A DNA stretch of 32,000 nucleotides from Alkalilimnicola ehrlichii MLHE-1 (GCF_000014785.1 NC_008340.1:1230001-1262000); one strand, 5' to 3'. Positions 1 to 9,260 are shown, counted from the first letter of the stretch. The notes: generated from the sequence alone by a model not told the origin. Translations and numbers: made by a program.

Positions 1-2494
1 GTAGGTCATTGACGATGGCCTGGGCATTCGCCACCCGGGGGTTCACGTTGGCCTCCACGGTGACTGTGCGTTGGCCGTCCACCCGGGTAATGCGCGCCCA
101 CTCGCGGGCTGCCTTACGTTCCGTCGCCACCGCCAGCGGTATGCGTTGGCCGTCCGGCCCGAGCACGGTGAGCTCCTCCAGTGCATCCAGGCGGTTGCGG
201 TCCCGCTCGGTGTGGCGGACCAGGATTTCCACATCGTGGGCGCCGATGCGCAGTGTGCCCCCCAGTTCCCCCAGTATGGCGGCGCGTAGCTGGCGGGCGG
301 TTGCCTCCGCCGTGAGCCCCAGCCCATGCGCGCCTTCCGCCATGCGGAACTGGTATTGCGGCTTGCCGGGCCGCAGGTCGTGCAACACGTTGTACACGCC
401 TTGGTACGTGCCCAGGGTCTCCTTCAGGTGCTCCGACGCCTGCTGAAGTTCGTCGAGGTCGTCGCCGCTCAGGCGAACCTCAATGGGGGTGCCGGCTGGG
501 CCGAAGCCAGGCTCCTGAATGACCAGGCTGTGTACGCCCGCGATGGGGCCGATGGCCTCACGCCAGGCAGCGGTCAGAGTTTCCAGGTCCACCGTGCGGC
601 GCTCCGCGGTGAGCAGGTCGACGCTGAGGGTGGCGACATGGGGGCCGGGCTCACCCGCACTGGGGTTGTGATTGAATCGCACCTGCAGGTTGCGCACCAG
701 CGAGGCACCGTCCGGCTGCTCCGGTGTGAGACGCTCATTCAGTTCTGCCATGGCCTCGCTCACCTGTTTGGCCACCGCCTCGGTGCGGGACAGGGGGGTT
801 CCCTGGGGCATCAGGATGCGGGCCTCCAGCACATCGCCGTCGATGTCGGGCATGGCCTCGGTACCCAGGTGGCCACCGACCAGGTAGCCGGCTGACGCCA
901 GCAGTATCACCAGGGTGCCGGCCAGCACCCCATGGCGGAAGCGTATGGCGCGGTCGGCCAGGCTGCCGACACCTTCCCGGAAGCGATCAAAGGCGCGGTC
1001 AAAACCTTGCCGAAGCCGTGAGTTGCCTTTGGACTGAATCCGGTCGAGACCGCCCCGGAGGTGGTGGGGCAACACCAGGAATGCCTCGATCAGGCTGGCG
1101 GTGAGTGCGGCGATGAGCACCACCGGCAAGACCTGTAAAACCGCGCCCAGCTCACCGGCCAGGAAGGACAGCGGGGTGAATACGACTACCGTGGTCAGGA
1201 AAGAGGAGATGACCCCCGGCAGCACCTGACGGGCACCTTCCACCACGGCCTCCAGCGCACGGCTGCCGGCTCGGGCGCGGGCGGAAATGTTGTCGGTGAT
1301 CACGATGGCGTGGTCCATTACCAGGCCGATGGCCATCAACAGCGCGACCAGGGTGATCATGTTGAGCGATAGTCCGGTCAAGGCCATGACCGTGAACGCG
1401 CCCAGGAACCCCACAGGCAGCCCGATGCCGGCCCAAAGGGCCAGACGCGGGCGGAAGAACAGGCTGAGCACTAGCAATACGAGGATCAGCCCGAGCAGCC
1501 CGTTGGAGACCAGCATTTGCAGCCGGTCACGGACGATCGAAGTGGCATCTTGGGTGACGGTCAGCGTCAGGGCCTCGCCCCAGCGTGCGCGCTCCGTTTC
1601 CAGCAACCCTTGCATAGCCTCCATGACATCCAGGGCATCGGCGTGGGTGGCCTTGTGCACCTCCAGCAGGACGGCGCGTCGCCCATTCATGAGCACCTTC
1701 TCCTCCGTGTGTTCCCGGTGCTCGCTCAGTCGGGCGATTTCGGACAATCGCAGTTCCCCACCACCTTCATCGGAGAGCACGACCAGCTCCCCCAGGCCGA
1801 CGAGGTCGTGGCGTTCGTCGGTGAAGCGCAGCAGGATCTCCCGGTCAGGGGTTTCCAGCGTGCCCAGCGGGCTGTCGATATTCTGGGCGGCAACGCGGGC
1901 GGCCAACTCAATGGCGGACAGACCATGCTGTGCGAGGGCGTCATGGCCTACCTCCACCTGCCACTGGCGCTGGGAGAGCCCATGCGTGATGACGTCGGCC
2001 ACCCCGGGCAGGGCGATCAGGCGATCCTCCAGCCGCTGGGCGTAGGCCTCGTGATCGACCAGGGAGAGGTCCCCGGTGATCGCGACAGCGGCCACGAGGT
2101 CGGTGCGGTGCAGTTCCCGGACCACCGCCGGGTCGGCGCGCTCCGGGAAGTCGGTAATGGCCTTGACCTCGGTGTCGATGTCACCCAGGAACCGCGCCAT
2201 GGTGCCGCGGGGGGCCATGCTGGCGGTGGCCGAGGCGCGGTTGTCCTGGGCGGTACAGACGAATTCGTCCAGGTGTTCCACGCCTTTGACGGCATCGTGC
2301 AGACGCCGGCAGATGTTGTCCTCCACGTCGGCGGCGCTGGCCCCCCGGTACGCCACCTCGATGCTGACCTCGCCGGGACGGTAGTCCGGGAAGGTCTCCC
2401 GCTGCAGGGTGGGGGCCGCGAACAGGCCGACCGCCACCAGAATGACCAGCACCAGGTTGGCGGCGGTGGGGTGCGCGGCAAACCAGCGGATCAT
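1..2494 (-). CDS. RND-superfamily efflux permease (partial, C-terminal part lies beyond window start)
   Basis: Minus-strand frame from ATG at 2494 reads MIRWFAAHPTAANLVLVILVVAVGLFAAPTLQRETFPDY..., continues with TM segments (GLLGLILVLLVLSLFFRPRLALWAGIGLPVGFLG...) and VMDHAIVITDNI; stays open to the left edge. Only fragments are in the ORF track because it runs off the window. Confidence 0.9.
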   Translation of the reverse strand, partial: MIRWFAAHPTAANLVLVILVAVGLFAAPTLQRETFPDYRPGEVSIEVAYRGASAADVEDNICRRLHDAVKGVEHLDEFVCTAQDNRASATASMAPRGTMARFLGDIDTEVKAITDFPERADPAVVRELHRTDLVAAVAITGDLSLVDHEAYAQRLEDRLIALPGVADVITHGLSQRQWQVEVGHDALAQHGLSAIELAARVAAQNIDSPLGTLETPDREILLRFTDERHDLVGLGELVVLSDEGGGELRLSEIARLSEHREHTEEKVLMNGRRAVLLEVHKATHADALDVMEAMQGLLETERARWGEALTLTVTQDATSIVRDRLQMLVSNGLLGLILVLLVLSLFFRPRLALWAGIGLPVGFLGAFTVMALTGLSLNMITLVALLMAIGLVMDHAIVITDNISARARAGSRALEAVVEGARQVLPGVISSFLTTVVVFTPLSFLAGELGAVLQVLPVVLIAALTASLIEAFLVLPHHLRGGLDRIQSKGNSRLRQGFDRAFDRFREGVGSLADRAIRFRHGVLAGTLVILLASAGYLVGGHLGTEAMPDIDGDVLEARILMPQGTPLSRTEAVAKQVSEAMAELNERLTPEQPDGASLVRNLQVRFNHNPSAGEPGPHVATLSVDLLTAERRTVDLETLTAAWREAIGPIAGVHSLVIQEPGFGPAGTPIEVRLSGDDLDELQQASEHLKETLGTYQGVYNVLHDLRPGKPQYQFRMAEGAHGLGLTAEATARQLRAAILGELGGTLRIGAHDVEILVRHTERDRNRLDALEELTVLGPDGQRIPLAVATERKAAREWARITRVDGQRTVTVEANVNPRVANAQAIVNDL

Positions 2495-3858
2495 GGCTGT
2501 GTGCCCTCGGCCCGCTCACGTACCGAGGCCTCCAAGGCCTCGTCGCGTCGCGGGTCCAGCAGCATCCCGCCTATGGCTGGCACGACGTCGTCCACCACCA
2601 CCCGGTCCCCCGGCGCCAGCCCTTCCGCCAGGACCGCCAGGCCCTCCTGCCAAAAGGCCACGGATACTGCTCGCCGCTGAAGGCGGTCCTCCTCGTTCAC
2701 GAGGTAGACCTCATCCCGGTGAACGGCGTGGGCCGGGATCACCAGGCGCGGTTCGGTCAGGGGCTGGCTCAGTTCTGCCCGCAGGTACATGCCGCGTACC
2801 AGGGGCGGTCGGACGGGGGGCTGGGCTTGGCGATAGGGGTGATCCACCTGCAGGACGACCCGGGCGGTGCGGGTCTGTGGATCGAGGCCATCAACGACGC
2901 GTTTGACCTGGGCAGGCCAGACCACACCGTCCACACCCACCAGCGTTGCCTTGGCCTCCAACCCGGACAGATCCACCCGGGGCAGTGTGGCGTCGTTGGC
3001 CACCGTCAGCGGAGGCGGAGTGTCACCGCCCAGCAGCCGGCGCATTTGCTTCACCGGCACATGGGCGGTCAGTTCCGCGGCTGCAATGTTGTCCGCCCGG
3101 AACAAGCGCTGTCCGGCGTTGACATGCTGGTGGCGCTCCACCTCGACGTCGTGAACACGCAGGTCATAGGGGGCGAAAAACCGGGTGTCAGCCAGATCCT
3201 GCAAGGCGTGGTCCAGCCGGGTCTCGGTCCGCGCGCGCTGGGCCTCCAGTCGCTCGCGCCGGGCTGGAAAGAGCAGCAGTTGATTCTGCAGGCTCTGCAC
3301 GGCGTGCTCCTGCTGCAATGTCACGCGCTCCTGCTCATCCCGTTGAGCGCTGGAGACCGCCCCACGCTCGGCGAGGCGGCGCACGCGGTCCAACTCCTGC
3401 TCCGCCAGGTCCAGCCGGCGTTGCTCCAGGGCGAGCAGCCGGCGGGTATTCCGTTCCTCGTCGTCCAGCTCGCGCCGTTCCGCCCGCAGGGAGGCGAGTT
3501 CGGCGCGGGCCTCACGCTCTGCAAATTCGTATCGGCTGGGGTCGATTCGGAGAAGTAAGGCCCCTTCCGGGAGGAGGTTGCCGCTCTGCAGCTCCGGGTG
3601 CCGGTAGATTACCCGACCCGGCACGTTGGCTACGGCCGCCCAGGTCTCGGCGGGGCGTGCGACCCCATGGCCCCCGACGCGGACCCGGAGGGGTAATAGC
3701 TCGGCCCGGATATAGCGTACGGCGTGTGAGGCTTCCGGCGTTTCGATCCGCTGAGGGGGCTCGCGCAACAGGACCAGGGTGACTGCGGTGGCCAGCCCGA
3801 TCAGCAGACCCAGAAGGATGGCGGCCGGACCGGACCAGCGATGGCGCATGAGCGTCAT
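2491..3858 (-). CDS. RND efflux membrane fusion (periplasmic adaptor) protein
   Basis: 455-aa ORF: N-terminal TM, long coiled-coil hairpin (EAEARAELASLRAERRELDDEERNTRRLLALEQRRLDLAEQELDRVRRLAERGAVS) and barrel domain; ATGA overlap with downstream permease. Confidence 0.9.
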   Translation of the reverse strand: MTLMRHRWSGPAAILLGLLIGLATAVTLVLLREPPQRIETPEASHAVRYIRAELLPLRVRVGGHGVARPAETWAAVANVPGRVIYRHPELQSGNLLPEGALLLRIDPSRYEFAEREARAELASLRAERRELDDEERNTRRLLALEQRRLDLAEQELDRVRRLAERGAVSSAQRDEQERVTLQQEHAVQSLQNQLLLFPARRERLEAQRARTETRLDHALQDLADTRFFAPYDLRVHDVEVERHQHVNAGQRLFRADNIAAAELTAHVPVKQMRRLLGGDTPPPLTVANDATLPRVDLSGLEAKATLVGVDGVVWPAQVKRVVDGLDPQTRTARVVLQVDHPYRQAQPPVRPPLVRGMYLRAELSQPLTEPRLVIPAHAVHRDEVYLVNEEDRLQRRAVSVAFWQEGLAVLAEGLAPGDRVVVDDVVPAIGGMLLDPRRDEALEASVRERAEGTQP

Positions 3859-4493
3859 GGCCGGGCCTCCGGCGGATCAACCTTTGGCGCATGGGGGGTG
3901 GCGATACCCTGAAGGTAGAGTGCGAAGACGCGCGGCGCGACGGTGGCAGCCTGCCGCATGTCGCCACTGATCAGTGCCTGGAGCACCAGCCCCTGGATTG
4001 CGCCGATGAACTGGGTGGCCGCTGCCTCGATATCCAGGTCCGGGCGCAGCAGGCCGGCCCTGCACCCGGCCTGAAGGAGCGTCTGCAGCCGTTGCCGGTA
4101 TTTCCGAAGCAGGGCCTGTGCCATCTGGCGTGCCGGCGTCGGCTCGGGGTGTTGAAGCTCACCCAGGATCAGGCGGGGGACGCCGGGGTGGTGGACGATG
4201 AAGTCCACGTGGGTCAGGAAGAGCTGCTCCAAGGCGTCGGTGGGGCTGTCGGCCGCCTCGATGGCCTGGTCGGCCCGGCGCAAGAGCTGTCCACTGGCCC
4301 AGTCCACCACCGCTTCCCAGATGGTGGCCTTGCTGGGGAAGTGTCGGAACAGGGCCCCCTGGGTCACCCCCATGCGCTCGGCGATAGCGGCCATCGTCAC
4401 TCGCGCCGGATTGTGTTCGCCACAGAGTGCGGTCACCGCCCGGATGATCAGGGCCTTGCGCTCCTCGGCGGGCAGACGTTGACGATCTGACAT
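3855..4493 (-). CDS. TetR/AcrR family transcriptional regulator
   Basis: MSDRQRLPAEERKALIIRAVTALCGEHNPARVTMAAIAERMGVTQGALFRHFPSKATIWEAV is a classic TetR HTH. ORF can extend to 4523, but the short start leaves the candidate operator outside the gene. ATGA overlap with adaptor gene. Confidence 0.9.
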   Translation of the reverse strand: MSDRQRLPAEERKALIIRAVTALCGEHNPARVTMAAIAERMGVTQGALFRHFPSKATIWEAVVDWASGQLLRRADQAIEAADSPTDALEQLFLTHVDFIVHHPGVPRLILGELQHPEPTPARQMAQALLRKYRQRLQTLLQAGCRAGLLRPDLDIEAAATQFIGAIQGLVLQALISGDMRQAATVAPRVFALYLQGIATPHAPKVDPPEARP

Positions 4494-4503
4494 GTCGGAC
4501 CTA

Positions 4504-4531
4504 TTAAGATAGTAACTACCCACTATCCTAA
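4504..4531. promoter_or_regulatory. Candidate TetR operator (inverted repeat)
   Basis: TTAAGATAGT-aactaccc-ACTATCCTAA: 10-bp arms, one mismatch, 8-nt spacer, just upstream of the tetR start. Confidence 0.6.
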
Positions 4532-4767
4532 GCGTGGCCCATGTGTTTGTCTATGGGCTTGATCCGGGAATGTTGTGCCCGCTCAGGATCATATGCAGGC
4601 GGCTGTGCGTCGCCAGGTGCGGAAGCCGGTTGCCTCGCCGGGACCGGGACAAAACGCCGCACGGGAGTTCTCCCCTGCAAGGCGCCATAATGTGGTATGC
4701 GGAATGACCGTTATCGGCGCCCCGCCGACCGTACGGTGCGACCGCTCCGAATGAACGGGAGCCCACC

Positions 4768-7700
4768 ATGTCACCTGATGCGCAAGTTCCCCCCGAAGCC
4801 GGTGGCCCACAGGGACGCGATTTTCCCCTGGGTATCGCCGGCTTCCGTTACGCGGATCTCCACAACCCGGCGCAGCTTGCGGAACTGTTGAGCGTTTTCG
4901 ACCAATTCCTGGCGACGGACGATCCGGTATTGTTCGAGGTCTTTCAGCAGTACCGGACGGCCGGGGCGGGGGATCTCTCGGCCACGGAACGCTCGGCGGT
5001 ACTCACCGGGGTGGCCCCGCAAGTGAGCCGTTTTCTGGCCCGCCTCTTTGGGATCGAGAGCGAATGGGGTCGACTCCGGGAACGCGTTCAGCGGGAGTTG
5101 GATACCGTCATGGCCTACCGGGACCAAGTGGTCGCGAAGGTCCGGAAGCGCTTTGCCCCCGAGGATCTAGCCGACTGGGACCTGGAGACCCTGGACCGCG
5201 AGGTCTCTGTGCTCCAAGAGGCATTGTCCGGGAGCGATAACCCAGTCGAAGACCCGGAGCGGGCGCTTGCCGCGAGCGCCATGTCCGTGCTGCAGGCCAT
5301 GGAGACGGGGCACGACCCCGATGGCGTAACGGCCCTTCGGCAGTCACTGGAGGCGCATCCCGATGGCCCCACATTGCTGGCGGAGGCGCTGTCGGAGAGC
5401 ACCCCGCAGGCCTTCTTGGCCGCGCTTCTCAACCGGATAGAACGCTGGACTTTCGCCGCCGTTCAATCCACCGCAATCGGTGCCCAAACGCATGGTTGGA
5501 CGGCGCTGCGGGGACGGGCCAAGACGGACTTTGAGAACCAAGTGCCGTGCGAGCCCGTGGCGCGGGAGGGGTATACGGCGTATCGCACCGACGTGACGCG
5601 AAGGCGGGATGGGTTCGCACTCACTGATCCGGGTCTGCCGCTAAGGCGGATCGTGGACGAGGTGGAGCACTGCCTCTACTGCCACGATCGCGACCGGGAC
5701 TTCTGCTCCAAGGGTATGCGCGCAAAGGCGGGTGGTTTTCGCAACAACCCCTTGGGCACGCCCATGGTGGGCTGTCCGCTGGAGGAGAAGATCTCAGAGG
5801 CGCAATATCTCAAGCACCGGGGCGACAGCCTGGCCGCCCTGGCGGTGGTTATGGTGGACAACCCTATGGTGCCCGGGACCGGCCACCGCATCTGCAAGGA
5901 CTGCGTCACCGCCTGTATCTATCAGAAGGTCGAGCCGGTGGCGATCCCGGAGGTGGAAACGGCCATCCTGCGCGAGGTGCTTGCCCTGCCTTACGGCTTC
6001 GAGATCTACAGCCTGCTCACCCGGTGGAACCCCCTGCACGTCCAGCGCCCCCACATGCTGCCCTACAACGGCAAGAATGTGCTGGTTGCCGGTATGGGGC
6101 CGGCAGGTTACACCCTGGCCCACTACCTGTTGAATGAGGGGTTTGGCGTTGTCGGCATCGATGGCCTGAAGATTGAGCCCCTGCCCGATGAGTTGACTGG
6201 CGTCGCCAGCGGCGTTCCCGCGCCGGTGCGCGATTTCGACACCCTCTACGAGCGACTGGATGAACGGACGGTACTTGGCTTCGGCGGGGTCGCCGAGTAT
6301 GGCATTACCGCTCGCTGGGACAAGAACTTCCTCAAGGTCATCTATCTGACGCTAGCACGACGCCGCGCATTCCGCTGCTTTGGGGGGGTGCGCCTGGGTG
6401 GCACCCTGACGGTGGACGACGCCTGGGCCCTCGGCTTTCATCACATTGCGATCGCCGCCGGGGCCGGCAAGCCGACGGTCATCGGGCTTGAGAACAATCT
6501 GGTGCGCGGCATCCGTCAGGCATCGGACTTTCTGATGGGGCTGCAGCTGACCGGTGCGGCCCAGCGCAACGCCCTGGCCAACATGCAGGTTCGCCTGCCC
6601 GCCGGAGTGGTGGGGGGCGGGCTGACGGCCGTGGATACCACCACGGAGCTCCTCGCCTACTACCCCATCCAGGTGGAGCGAACGTTGGAGCGGTACGAGG
6701 CTGTGGTCAGCCGCTTTGGAGAGGAAGCGGTCCTGGCCGAATATGACGGCGAGGAACGCGAGATCCTTGACGAGTTTCTGGACCATGGCCGCGCCGTCCG
6801 GGCCGAGCGCGCCCGGGCAGAGCAGGCAGGGGAGTGCCCTGACTTCGCGCATCTGCTGTCGGGATGGGGGGGCGTCACGCTCTTCTACCGCAAGGGGTTG
6901 CATGACGCGCCGGCCTATCGGCAGAACCACGACGAGCTGGTCAGGGCCATGGAGGAGGGCCTGATTCTGGCTGATGGTATGGCACCGCAATCGGCCATGG
7001 CAGACGGGCATGGCCACCTGAAGGCCGTTCGTTTTGAGAAGATGCATCAGCAGGAGGATGGCGACTGGGTGGCCGGTGGTGAGACACTCACCTTGCCCCT
7101 TCGGACCCTGGTAGTGGCCGCCGGTACCTCACCCAACGTGGCCTACGAAAGGGAGCACCCGGGCACCTTCGAGCTGGATGGCAAATTCTTCCGTGCCTTC
7201 GAGCCCGGAGAGGACGCCCCACACCTGACGCCGGTGGGCGAGAACCAGCCCACCCCAAAAATTGGTAACCCGGCACCCTTCACCTCCTATGAACATGACG
7301 GCCGCCGCGTGTCCTTCTTCGGCGACAACCATCCCGTTTACGCAGGCAACGTGGTGCGCGCCATGGCCAGCGCCAAGGACGGTTATCCATACATCGTCGA
7401 CCTCTTCCGTCAGGCGCTCGACAGCCTGGACCCGGCCGATCAGCCGCAACGGGATGCGGCCATAAGCCGGTTGCTGGCGCACCTGGATGATCAGCTCCAG
7501 GCACGCGTACAGACGGTGCGGCGGCTGGCACCCAGTATTGTCGAGGTGGTGGCGCGTGCGCCGCTGCAGGCGCGCAACTTCCAGCCCGGGCAGTTCTACC
7601 GGGTACAGAACTACGCGTCGTGCGCCCCGCGGATGAACGGCGTGCCGCTGGTCACCGAGGGGATGGCGCTGACCGGGGCCTGGGTGGATAGGGCGCAGGG

Positions 7701-8481
7701 CCTGGTTTCGGTCATCGTGCTGGAAGTGGGCGCCTCGTCCCGCCTCTGTGCCACTTGGCAACCCGGCGACCCGCTGGTGCTGATGGGACCGACCGGTGCC
7801 CCCACCGAGATACCGGCTGGCGAGACGGTGCTGCTGGCCGGAGGCGGCCTGGGTAACGCCGTGCTCTTCTCCATCGGCCGGGCGTTGCGGGCGGCGGGTA
7901 GCCGGGTGCTTTACTTCGCCGGTTACCGTAACCCCGGCGACATCTATAAGGTTGACGAGATCGAGGCGGCGGCAGACGTAGTCGTCTGGAGTGTTGATCC
8001 CGGTCCCGGGGTGCAACCGGTGGTGGCACGCCGCCCACAGGATCGCAGCGTCGTCGGTAACATTGTGGAGGCAATGACCGCGTATGCCGCTGGTGAGTTA
8101 GGGTCGACTGCAGTGCCCATGGGAGCGGTGGATCGCATCATGGCCATCGGCTCCGATCGCATGATGGCGGCGGTGAAAGCAGCCCGTCGCGGGGCGCTTG
8201 AGCCTTATCTGAAACCTGGCCACGTGGCGCTCGGCTCCATCAACTCGCCGATGCAGTGCATGATGAAAGCGGTCTGTGCCCAGTGCCTGTGCCGGCAGGA
8301 GGATCCGGATAGCGGTGAGGAGCGGTTTGTCTTCAGCTGCTGTGAGCAGGATCAGCCCCTCGATGCCGTGGACTTTGAGCACCTGAACGGACGGCTGCGA
8401 CAGAATTCAGTCCAGGAGAAACTGACCAACCGGTGGCTCGATCTGCTCCTTGCGGAGGCCCCTGACATACCCAGGGTATAA
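4768..8481 (+). CDS. Large FAD/NAD(P)-dependent multidomain oxidoreductase with Cys-rich motifs and C-terminal ferredoxin-reductase/PyrK-like module
   Basis: 1237-aa ORF: CLYCHDRDRDFCSKGM and CKDCVTACIYQ cysteine motifs; Rossmann-like NVLVAGMGPAGYTLAHYLL; second nucleotide-binding region ETVLLAGGGLGNAVLFSIGRAL; C-terminal CMMKAVCAQCLCRQEDPDSGEERFVFSCC. Confidence 0.85.
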   Translation: MSPDAQVPPEAGGPQGRDFPLGIAGFRYADLHNPAQLAELLSVFDQFLATDDPVLFEVFQQYRTAGAGDLSATERSAVLTGVAPQVSRFLARLFGIESEWGRLRERVQRELDTVMAYRDQVVAKVRKRFAPEDLADWDLETLDREVSVLQEALSGSDNPVEDPERALAASAMSVLQAMETGHDPDGVTALRQSLEAHPDGPTLLAEALSESTPQAFLAALLNRIERWTFAAVQSTAIGAQTHGWTALRGRAKTDFENQVPCEPVAREGYTAYRTDVTRRRDGFALTDPGLPLRRIVDEVEHCLYCHDRDRDFCSKGMRAKAGGFRNNPLGTPMVGCPLEEKISEAQYLKHRGDSLAALAVVMVDNPMVPGTGHRICKDCVTACIYQKVEPVAIPEVETAILREVLALPYGFEIYSLLTRWNPLHVQRPHMLPYNGKNVLVAGMGPAGYTLAHYLLNEGFGVVGIDGLKIEPLPDELTGVASGVPAPVRDFDTLYERLDERTVLGFGGVAEYGITARWDKNFLKVIYLTLARRRAFRCFGGVRLGGTLTVDDAWALGFHHIAIAAGAGKPTVIGLENNLVRGIRQASDFLMGLQLTGAAQRNALANMQVRLPAGVVGGGLTAVDTTTELLAYYPIQVERTLERYEAVVSRFGEEAVLAEYDGEEREILDEFLDHGRAVRAERARAEQAGECPDFAHLLSGWGGVTLFYRKGLHDAPAYRQNHDELVRAMEEGLILADGMAPQSAMADGHGHLKAVRFEKMHQQEDGDWVAGGETLTLPLRTLVVAAGTSPNVAYEREHPGTFELDGKFFRAFEPGEDAPHLTPVGENQPTPKIGNPAPFTSYEHDGRRVSFFGDNHPVYAGNVVRAMASAKDGYPYIVDLFRQALDSLDPADQPQRDAAISRLLAHLDDQLQARVQTVRRLAPSIVEVVARAPLQARNFQPGQFYRVQNYASCAPRMNGVPLVTEGMALTGAWVDRAQGLVSVIVLEVGASSRLCATWQPGDPLVLMGPTGAPTEIPAGETVLLAGGGLGNAVLFSIGRALRAAGSRVLYFAGYRNPGDIYKVDEIEAAADVVVWSVDPGPGVQPVVARRPQDRSVVGNIVEAMTAYAAGELGSTAVPMGAVDRIMAIGSDRMMAAVKAARRGALEPYLKPGHVALGSINSPMQCMMKAVCAQCLCRQEDPDSGEERFVFSCCEQDQPLDAVDFEHLNGRLRQNSVQEKLTNRWLDLLLAEAPDIPRV

Positions 8482-8577
8482 GCCGCCCGGGGGGCACGGG
8501 TGGAAAAGAAGAGGCCCTCGGTCCGGCCGCCGAGGCGTGTGCCGGATGAGGGCCATAACCACTACGGAGAGGGTTGA

Positions 8578-8667
8578 ATGGACACGGCCTTCTTAAAGCA
8601 GAAATCGGGCCAACTCATGAATACCGAAAAATCAATTGGTTACGAGGAGGGTGCCTGGTCCGGGTAG
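8578..8667 (+). CDS. Possible 29-aa small ORF
   Basis: GGAGAGG followed by ATG; encodes MDTAFLKQKSGQLMNTEKSIGYEEGAWSG*. No family recognised. Confidence 0.15.
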   Translation: MDTAFLKQKSGQLMNTEKSIGYEEGAWSG

Positions 8668-8782
8668 GGCAAATCGCCCACACGATCCGTTGCCTGCCAC
8701 GATCCGACTCTGAGTGCCGGTGGCGCACCCGGTCCGGGTGACGCGGCGGGGAGGTGCGCGGTTGTCTCCCCCCCCCCCCACA

Positions 8783-9011
8783 CCGTCACTGCGAGGAGGC
8801 GAAGCCGAAGTGGCAGTCTACCGCCCTGGATCGCCACGGGCCTTCGGCCCTCGCGATGACGGGGGGAAAGCCTTCGGCCCTGGCAATGACGGGGGTGCCC
8901 CGTTCCTCGTTGATTCGGGCCCGCGCAGCGGGGAGGGGGGCTCGCGATGACGGGGGTGTGCCGTCCTTCGTAGATTCGGGCTCGCGCAGCGGGGGTGGGG
9001 CTCGCAATGAG
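8783..9011. repeat. Intergenic REP-like degenerate repeat region
   Basis: Starts CGTCACTGCGAGGAGGCGAAGCCGAAGTGGCAGTCT; then repeated units: CCTTCGGCCCTCGCGATGACGGGGG, CCTTCGGCCCTGGCAATGACGGGGG, GATTCGGGCCCGCGCAGCGGGG..GGGGCTCGCGATGACGGGGG, GATTCGGGCTCGCGCAGCGGGGGTGGGGCTCGCAATGAGG. Confidence 0.7.
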
Positions 9012-9030
9012 GATGTATTCAGTGCTTCCA

Positions 9031-9070
9031 CAAAAACAAAAAAGGGGTTAGGCCGCTAGACCTAACCCCT
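9031..9070 (-). terminator. Rho-independent terminator, probably the original tRNA-Asn terminator displaced by element insertion
   Basis: Minus strand: AGGGGTTAGG-tctagcgg-CCTAACCCCT-TTTTGTTTTTG; 10-bp perfect stem plus T-tract, immediately beyond the left att repeat. Confidence 0.75.
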
Positions 9071-9081
9071 CTTCGCTTCTT

Positions 9082-9129
9082 TGGCTCCCCGGGACGGGCT
9101 CGAACCGCCGACCCAGTGATTAACAGTCA
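9082..9129 (-). repeat. attL: Left attachment site: duplicate of the 3' part of tRNA-Asn
   Basis: tggctccccgggacgggctcgaaccgccgacccagtgattaacagtca, identical over 48 bp to 18149-18196; the rest of the tRNA is missing here. Confidence 0.93.
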
Positions 9130-9260
9130 AGCGTTTCTTTCTTTCCCGTCCATTTTTATCACTTGCTCCCTCCCTCCTGGATGCCCGTAAACCCTTGTAC
9201 GGCCTGCATCCAAGGCGTATTATTCTATTCAGGTTAATGCAGTTGGGTGCACATCTTGTG

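Noticed and set aside
1287-2680. Plus-strand ORFs of 252 and 387 aa
   Set aside because: Antisense to the RND permease/adaptor; low-complexity, no domain signatures.
2719-3558. 279-aa plus-strand ORF
   Set aside because: Antisense to the membrane fusion protein coding sequence.
4551-4891. ORFs of 60-74 aa between tetR and the oxidoreductase
   Set aside because: No homology-like features; overlap each other on both strands in a promoter-containing gap.
6352-8016. Minus-strand ORFs of 231 and 295 aa
   Set aside because: Antisense to the 1237-aa oxidoreductase with strong motifs; considered shadow ORFs.
8783-9011. Possible CRISPR array
   Set aside because: Units are degenerate and not separated by unique, uniform spacers; no cas genes in window.
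8640-9059. Overlapping ORFs of 65-101 aa in the intergenic repeat region
   Set aside because: Arise from repeats (TGGKPSALAMTGV-type translations); explained by noncoding REP-like units.
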